Positions 61,019-64,000 of a DNA stretch of 64,000 bases are shown here, in pieces. Position 1 is the first letter of the stretch. Every line of letters starts with the position of its first letter. The DNA is from Octopus sinensis (taxonomy: Eukaryota). The stretch spans positions 101,618,001 to 101,682,000 of the forward strand of contig NC_043000.1 of assembly GCF_006345805.1 (NCBI RefSeq). Reading direction: 5' to 3'. The notes under the pieces are model-generated. The model did not search any database and was not told the origin of the DNA. It saw only the letters and a program-made list of their open reading frames with translations. The position numbers and the translations under genes are program-made.

Positions 61019-61846
61019 TTGCAAAGAACTAATGAAGAAGATTTGGCTGTTGTTTCTAGTAGCCTTGAATGACTGTCATCAGACTCGTTCATTGGCTCAT
61101 ACTCTGCTTGATGGCTCTTTATGGTTTGTTTCTTGGGCATGAAGCTTCTGATTGTATGTCTGTTGGCAATTGGGGATAAACAATTGGGAAATTGTCTTTC
61201 TCAAGAACATTAGTCGTGTAACGAAGTGCAAAGCAGTACATTGATCATTGCCACGAACCAAAATCATGTAAAGAAGTGTATCTACCAAGAAAAAAACCCA
61301 AAAAAAACAAAACTAAAAGACACCGTTTTGTGGTACCCACACTTACATAACAATCATTCCATAGTCATCATGGCAAGAAACATATTGCTAAGTTTTATAA
61401 AACACAAAAAACGCTATAAATAAATAAGTTATAAAAAGTTATGGTAATAGTAAAGGAATAACATGTTTTGTGATTTGGCATTATAATTAACAAATCGATT
61501 GACTGCGGAAGAGTATGAGGAGAATTGACAGACAGTAACAAAAACGGTTTTGTATATAAATGCATGTGTGCGTGCGTGTATGTTTGGATATATATGTGTG
61601 TATATATATACACACACTCACACACACATATATATATACACATATATATGTATATATATATACACATACATATGTATATATATATATATTATATATATAT
61701 GTCTTTGTGTGTCTGTGTGTGTGTATATAAGTATATGTGTGTGTGTATGTGCATATATGTATATACGTGTACATATATGTAGATATATGCGTGTGTGTAT
61801 ATATATATTTGTGTATATGTGTGCGCATGTGTGTGTACATATATAT

Positions 61847-61890
<44 letters not shown>

Positions 61891-62427
61891 CACACATATG
61901 TGTGTGTGTATATATACACACACACACACACATACACACACTTACTCATACATAGATAATGGAAATGAATGAAATTGGATCAAAGAAACCATCATTTAAC
62001 TCTTCACTTCTCTTAATTATTGATTAATCAATGCAATAAATACATAGAAATAATGAGGTAAAAACAAGAATAAGAACAGTAATATAAAATAAAAAAGAAT
62101 GAAATAAAATAGTTTTATGCCAGTCCTAAGAAGGAATACCAATGATTCCATCATGAAAAAAAAACAGATGTGTGATGTAAAATCATCGCTATAAAATTTT
62201 GTAACTACGCACCTAACATCACTAATGCTTTGTACTTTCTGTTCATTACTGCATAATTCATTAGGACATATATATGTGTGCGTGTGTGTAGGTATATAGA
62301 GAGCTAGACAGATATCTATAGATATACATACATACATAGACATATATACAATTATGTGTATAAATGCATGTAAGCATGTATATGTATGTTATATCCGCAC
62401 ACATATACTTACACACATATATGCATG

Positions 62428-62459
<32 letters not shown>

Positions 62460-62549
62460 ATATATATATATTTATATATTTATATACACATACATGCATA
62501 CACACACACATGTACACACATATACATACTACATACATACATACATACA

Positions 62550-62581
<32 letters not shown>

Positions 62582-64000
62582 CATATGTATGCATGCATAG
62601 ATATATTGGTTAACAAGCCAAAACTTCAAAGTCATTGCCAGTAATATTCTTGTTTATATATATATATACACATACACACATACTTCAGTATGAGGCAGGC
62701 AAATGGTAGAGCTTTTACATCATCAGAGAAATCTCTTGCAATTTTTCTGGCTCATTTGTAGTTTATTCCACACTAAAAACATGCCCAGGCACCTTGACAC
62801 AATGTGATCTTTGTAGACAAGAGTCTCATTCATGGGGTGTTATTTGCTTCCAATTCTCTATGTAATCATATCAAGGTAGTTTGTTGTTTGATGGACTAGG
62901 AAATTTTTAGTGTACTTGGGAAATAAGTGGGGGTTGTCACCAGGAAGGGCATCTAGACATAGAAAACTGCATCAGTGTACTCCTGTCTCAGTCATGCAAA
63001 CATGGAAAAGTAAAACGAATTATTAAAGATGTGTTAAAAAATATTCTTCATCGTCTTCTTTTTATTGGATTATTTATTTTTTGCCAACCCATTTTATGGT
63101 ATAATCATTGTGAAACTTGGCTTTTCTATACCTGAGGAATTCCTGCTTTGGCCTGGAACCCAGTAGTATTGATAGTCCAATAGTGCTTCTCTGGAAATAC
63201 CCTGACTTCACTACTTGATCTTAGATGATATATATATTTTGTAGAATAAGAAGTATAAATAGAAAGTCCTTGGTACAGTATTATATATTTGAAAAAATGG
63301 ATGAAAATGTCTTTTGTGATAATTTTTCCACTTTTATAATTAGACATGCATAATTTATTAGGTGCTTAGGAACATCTAATTATTAGAGTGGAAAAATCAT
63401 TGGAAAAGCTGTTTGTATTCATTTTGTCAAACATCTACTATAATAATACTCTTGTTGTTTTTCTCCGTCACAACATATGAATAAGAAAGGAAGGGGTGAA
63501 AAAATCCAACAGCATTTCAACTCTGTGTGAGTATATGTGTGTATATGTAAAAGGGAGGTGTGTGTGTGTGTGTGTGTGTGTGCAATAGAAGTAGGATGGT
63601 GAGCATTCAAAGCTGGAAAGAAAAATCAAAGTGTTTCAACTCTGTATGAGTATATGTGTGCATGTGTACAAGGGAAATATGTGAATGCTTGTATGTGTGA
63701 ACCAGCACTCTTTCAGTAGCTAACGATGATTGATGTCACATCTCAAAAGGCAACCGCTAGATAACATTGACAAGTGTATTAATTTGATTTACCATCCATA
63801 TATATCCATATAAAATACATAAAATACTACAATTAGCCATCATTTTAGACAGCACGGGGCCAGCTAGTATATATATATACACACACACACACATATATAT
63901 ATATTTACATACATAGACTCATGCACTCACACAAGTGCATACATATGATAATTTGTTCTTTGATGTTATGAATAAACTGTTACACCAAGTTCATACACCA

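Noticed and set aside
63500-63675. Two ~55-bp similar segments around a (GT)n tract
   Set aside because: Small degenerate local duplication with no further structure.

Overview
AT-rich animal genomic DNA, about 64 kb, with one 100-N gap. No host protein-coding gene could be recognised, so it is probably intronic or intergenic. The repeat landscape (tRNA-headed SINEs with internal (TA)/(CA) tracts, RTE LINEs with (GAT)n tails, dense compound microsatellites) looks like an octopus or other cephalopod genome; this is an inference from pattern recognition, not a database result. Nearly all long ORFs in the supplied track are transposon-derived or microsatellite artefacts. Main content: (1) an apparently full-length but disabled R4/Dong-type restriction-like-endonuclease (RLE) retrotransposon at 200-4163 (-) lying in (TAA)n repeats, plus fragments of two other RLE families; (2) several RTE LINE copies; (3) Tc1, mariner, Penelope GIY-YIG and L1/Tx1-like fragments; (4) hAT- and piggyBac-type MITEs and non-autonomous Helitrons; (5) at least three tRNA-SINE families. 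Structures not explained by these families are two ~0.85-kb foldback palindromes, a TSD-flanked cassette carrying a long hairpin plus a tRNA-like cloverleaf, a young ~950-bp element with 178-bp direct terminal repeats, decayed minimal-hammerhead-like motifs, a 132-bp inverted templated insertion, and a three-level nested insertion. Degraded-element boundaries are approximate (about +/-20 bp). All family assignments come from motif recognition by eye.
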